NCBI GenBank assembly: GCA_965219385.1
Contig: CBDCNM010000002.1
Location: 3,234,305 to 3,298,304, forward strand
DNA: 64,000 nt
DNA from: Candidatus Latescibacterota bacterium
Lineage (GTDB): Bacteria > Latescibacterota > UBA2968 > UBA8231
Direction of reading: 5' to 3'
The notes under the pieces are model-generated. The model was not told the origin of the DNA. It did no database searches and was given only the letters and a program-made list of their open reading frames with translations. The translations under genes and the position numbers were made by a program. Within the stretch, counting starts at the first letter, position 1. Every line of letters starts with the position of its first letter. This document shows positions 60,087-64,000 of the stretch, one piece after another.

Positions 60087-63000
60087 ATGAGGTTTGTACT
60101 TGGATGTCTGACGGGTCTGATGTTGTTGAGCCTGGGGGCCGGCGCCGAGCCCTTGTTCCAGGGCCGGGTGCGGCTGGCCTCGGGCGAAGCCGCGGCCGGG
60201 GTGCAGGTGATGCTCTTCGATTGGACCCGCCTGGGCCGCCCGGCGCGCACCACCACCGATGAGACCGGCTATTTTTCGCTGCCGCTGGCGGCGTTGGACC
60301 AAGGCGCCACCCTGCCTGCGCGCATTCAGCTCGGCCAGAATTATCCGAATCCGTTCAATCCGTCCACGATCATCCCGTACCAGTTGCCGGCCCCGGCCCG
60401 GGTGCGGCTGGATGTGTTCAACATCCTGGGGCAGCGCCTGGCGACCCTGGTCGACGAGGAGAGGCCGGCCGGCTTTCACACCGCGACCTGGGCCGGCACT
60501 GACGGCTCGGGGCGCGCGGTGTCGGCGGGGGTCTATCTCTACCGGCTGGCCGGCGGCGAGGTGCGCCTGACCCGGTCGATGGTGCTGCTCGACGGGGCGG
60601 TCTCGGAGGGCGTGGGATACGCGGCTCCTGCCGCTTTGGACCCGTCGGACGTGGCGGCGGCTCGAGTCTACGGGCTGACCGTCTCGGGGCCGGGGCTGGT
60701 CCCCTACGTGGACCCCGGCTTCCAGGTCGAGGCCGGCGGGGCCGCCGTGGATATCGCGGTCGAAGCGCTCGGCAGCGTCCCTCGCGGGAAAGTGACAGTG
60801 GGCGGGGGCGGGCTGCTGGGGGACGTCGACAACAACGGCGTGGTCGATCGGACCGACGCGCTGCTGGTGCTGCTGTACAGCCTGATGCCCTCCGTCATCC
60901 TGCCGAACGACGGCGATATCTCCCTGGGCGATGTCAACCGGGATGGGCAGGTTGATCTCGCCGACGCCGAGCTCATCGAGGCCTACAGCGCCGATCCGTC
61001 CGACCCGGCCCTGCCTGCGGGGATTGGCGCCCTGGTGGGTACGGGTACCGGCACATTGAAGCTCTACTGGACGGACGCGGGCACCGACAAGATTCAGCGG
61101 GCCAACCTCGACGGCTCCCAGATCGAAGACGTCATCAACAGCGGCTTGGTCACCCCGAGGGGCTTGGCCGTGGACGAAGCGGGCGGCAAGCTCTACTGGA
61201 CCGACTACGGTACCGACAAGATCCAGCGGGCCAACCTCGACGGAACGGCAATCGAGGACCTCGTCACCGGCCTGCACACCCCGTTGGGACTGGCCCTCGA
61301 CGCGGTCGCGGGCAAGCTCTACTGGACCGACGCGGGAACCGACCGCATCCAGCGGGCCAACCTCGACGGCAGCGACATCGAGGATCTCGTCACCGGCCTG
61401 CAATCGCCGTTGAGCTTGGCCCTCGACGTAGCGGGCGGCAAGTTGTACTGGACCGACAGCGGGGCCGACAAGATCCAGCGGGCCAACCTGGACGGAACGG
61501 CAATCGAGGATCTCGTCACTACCGGCCTTCAGATCCCCCGGGGGCTGGCCCTCGACGTAGCGGGCGGCAAGTTGTACTGGACCGACAGCGGGGCCGACCG
61601 CATCCAGCGGGCCAACCTGGACGGCAGCCACATCGAAGACCTGGTCACCCACCGGCCTGCACACCCCCCGGGGGCTGGCCCTCGACGTGGCGGGCGGCAA
61701 GTTGTACTGGGCCGACAGCGGCACCGACCGCATCCAGCGGTCCAACCTCGACGGTAGCCACATCGAAGACCTGGTCACCGAGGGCCTGGGGAGTCCCCGG
61801 GGACTGGCCCTGGCTTGGACCGTTGCGTCCGTCGACAACCAGGCCCCGGTGGCCGTGCCCCGGCTCTACTGGACCGACGCGCGCACCGACCGCGTTCAGC
61901 GGTCCAACCTCGACGGCAGCGATATCCGCACCCTGATCACCGGTCTCAATCAGCCCCGGGGCATCGCCCTGGACCGGGACGGCGGCCGCATATACTGGAC
62001 CGACAGCGGGGCCGACAAGATCCAGCGGGCCAACCTGGACGGCAGCCACATCGAAGACCTGGTCACCGAGGGCCTGAACGAGCCCTACGGCATCGCCCTC
62101 GATCTGGCCGGTGGGAAGATCTACTGGACCGACTGGCGTATCGACAAGATCCAGCGGGCCAACCTCGACGGCAGCCACATCGAAGACCTGGTCACCGAGG
62201 GCCTGAACGAGCCCTACGGCATCGCCCTCGACCGCGAAGGGGGCAAGTTGTACTGGACCGACTGGGGCACGGACAAGATCCAGCGGGCCAACCTCGACGG
62301 CAGCCACATCGAAGACCTGGTCACCGGCCTCAATCAACCCCGGGGCATCGCCCTCGACCTGGCTGACGGCAAGATCTACTGGCCCGACTGGGGTACGGAC
62401 AAGATTCAGCGGGCCAACCTCGACGGCAGCGAGGTGGAAGACCTGGTCACCGAAGGCCTGCGAACCTCCCAGGCGATCGCCCTCGACCCGGCAGGCGGCA
62501 AGATCTACTGGACCGACTACGGCACCGACAAGATTCAGCGGGCCAACCTCGACGGCTCCGAGGTGGAAGACCTGGTCACCGAGGGCCTGAAAGAGCCCTA
62601 CGGCCTTACCCTCGGCGCCGGCTTACCGGCGCAGATCCTCACGGTGGAGGGCGAAGCGGCGACCCTGGACCTGGCCGGCCGCTTCCGCGACCCGGAGGGC
62701 GGGGCCCTGACCTACACGGTCTCGTCGAGCGACGAGGCGGTCGCCACCGCGAGTCTGATGGACTCGGAGCTGACCATCGCGCCGGTCGCCCCCGGCCGGG
62801 TGACGGTCGCGGTCACCGCCCGCGATGAAGGGGGCCGGGAAACCACTCTGCCGGTGGCGGTGACCGTGGAATCGGAGACACCGGAAACATCAGACGATGG
62901 CGCCGTGACCGTGGAACCGGAGACGCTGGAAACATCGGGAGGTGGCAGCGGTGGCGGTGGCAGTAGACCCGGTACGTCACCACCCCCACCGCAAGCTGGA

Positions 63001-64000
63001 ACAGGCAATACAGAAGGGCTGCACATCCCCGGAGAGAGAGAGGTCGTTGAGGTCAACGACGAGACCCCGCAGGTGACGATCTCGGCAAGTTCTACAACTA
63101 TCACCGAAGGTACGGCTGCGACCTTCACGATCACAGCGTCTCCTGCCCCGACGACCGCATTGACTGTGACCGTGAAGGTCAGCGAGACCGAAGAGGTCAT
63201 TAGTGGCACACCGGCCGCGTCAGTCACCATCAACGCCAACGCGACCACCGCCACGCTGACGGTAGCAACAGACGACGATGATGCAGATGAGTCCAATAGC
63301 GTGGTGACAGCGGAGTTGGAGACCGGAACAGGCTATACAGTAGAAGCCATATCCTCAGCGAGCGTGACCGTTGAGGACAACGATGAAACCCCACAGGTGA
63401 CCATCTCGGCAAGTTCTACAAGTGTCACGGAAGGTACGGCTGCGACCTTCACGGTTTCAGCGTCCCCTGCACCGACGACCGCATTGACTGTGACGGTAAA
63501 GGTCAGCGAGACCGAAGAGGTCATCAGTGGCACACCGGCCTCGACAGTCACCATCAACGCCAACGAGGCCATCGCCACGCTGACGGTCAATACCGCCAAT
63601 GATCAAGCAGATGAGTCGAATAGTGTGGTGACCGCGCAATTGCAAGCCGGAACAGGCTATACCGTAGGAGCCACATCCTCAGCGAGCGTGATCGTTGAGG
63701 ACAACGACGATCCTTCGACAATCATACCGCCTTCAACCCCACAGGTGACGATCTCGGCAAGTTCTACAAGTGTCACGGAAGGTACGGCTGCGACCTTCAC
63801 GGTTTCAGCGTCCCCTGCACCGACCTCCCCGCTGACTGTGACCGTGAAGGTCAGCGAGACCGAAGATGTCCTAAGCGGCACACCGGCCTCGACAGTCACC
63901 ATCAACGCCAACGAGGCCACCGCCACGCTGACGGTCAATACGGTGGATGATCAAGCGGATGAGTCGAATAGTGTGGTAACCGCGCAATTGCAAGCCGGAA
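60087..64000 (+). CDS. Large secreted protein: FlgD-Ig, dockerin-like, YWTD (LDL-receptor class B) propeller repeats, Ig-like, Calx-beta-like repeats; +1 frameshift at about 61650; continues beyond the window
   Basis: QNYPNPFNPST, GDVDNNG/GDVNRDG, many KLYWTD..TDKIQRANLDG repeats. An extra C in GTCACCCACCGGC shifts the frame, and the downstream frame is open to 64000. Confidence 0.85.

Overview
GC-rich bacterial window. FlgD-Ig domains, a C-terminal TWGxxK motif and many LRR, FN3 and YWTD proteins suggest a Latescibacterota-like, possibly host-associated organism (inference). Left end: a DUF4011/SF1 helicase, probably defensive, runs off the window downstream of tRNA-Val(CAC). Between tRNA-Val and tRNA-Ile2 (5.4-22.4 kb) lies an envelope/transport region with a GntR-ABC operon, two ECF sigma modules with a recurring promoter motif, and several truncated or chimeric genes. 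dnaG follows and carries an in-frame 36+36+36 bp duplication-insertion. A TonB-dependent receptor is bracketed by direct repeats that each encode a small coiled-coil protein. The main point of interest is 29.5-52.4 kb. Two paralogous histidine kinases and a sigma54 activator precede a co-oriented array of modular secreted proteins. The array shows poly-C tracts that set the reading frame at two gene starts, a six-fold tandem RBS+ATG, shared leader sequences, near-identical shuffled domain blocks, and two alternative C-termini (FlgD-Ig or -GGL). A sigma54 promoter/enhancer module occurs four times in the window, two copies complete and two truncated. The second complete copy precedes a large frameshifted YWTD/Calx-beta-like protein gene at the right end. 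All family calls come from motif recognition by eye; no searches were run.
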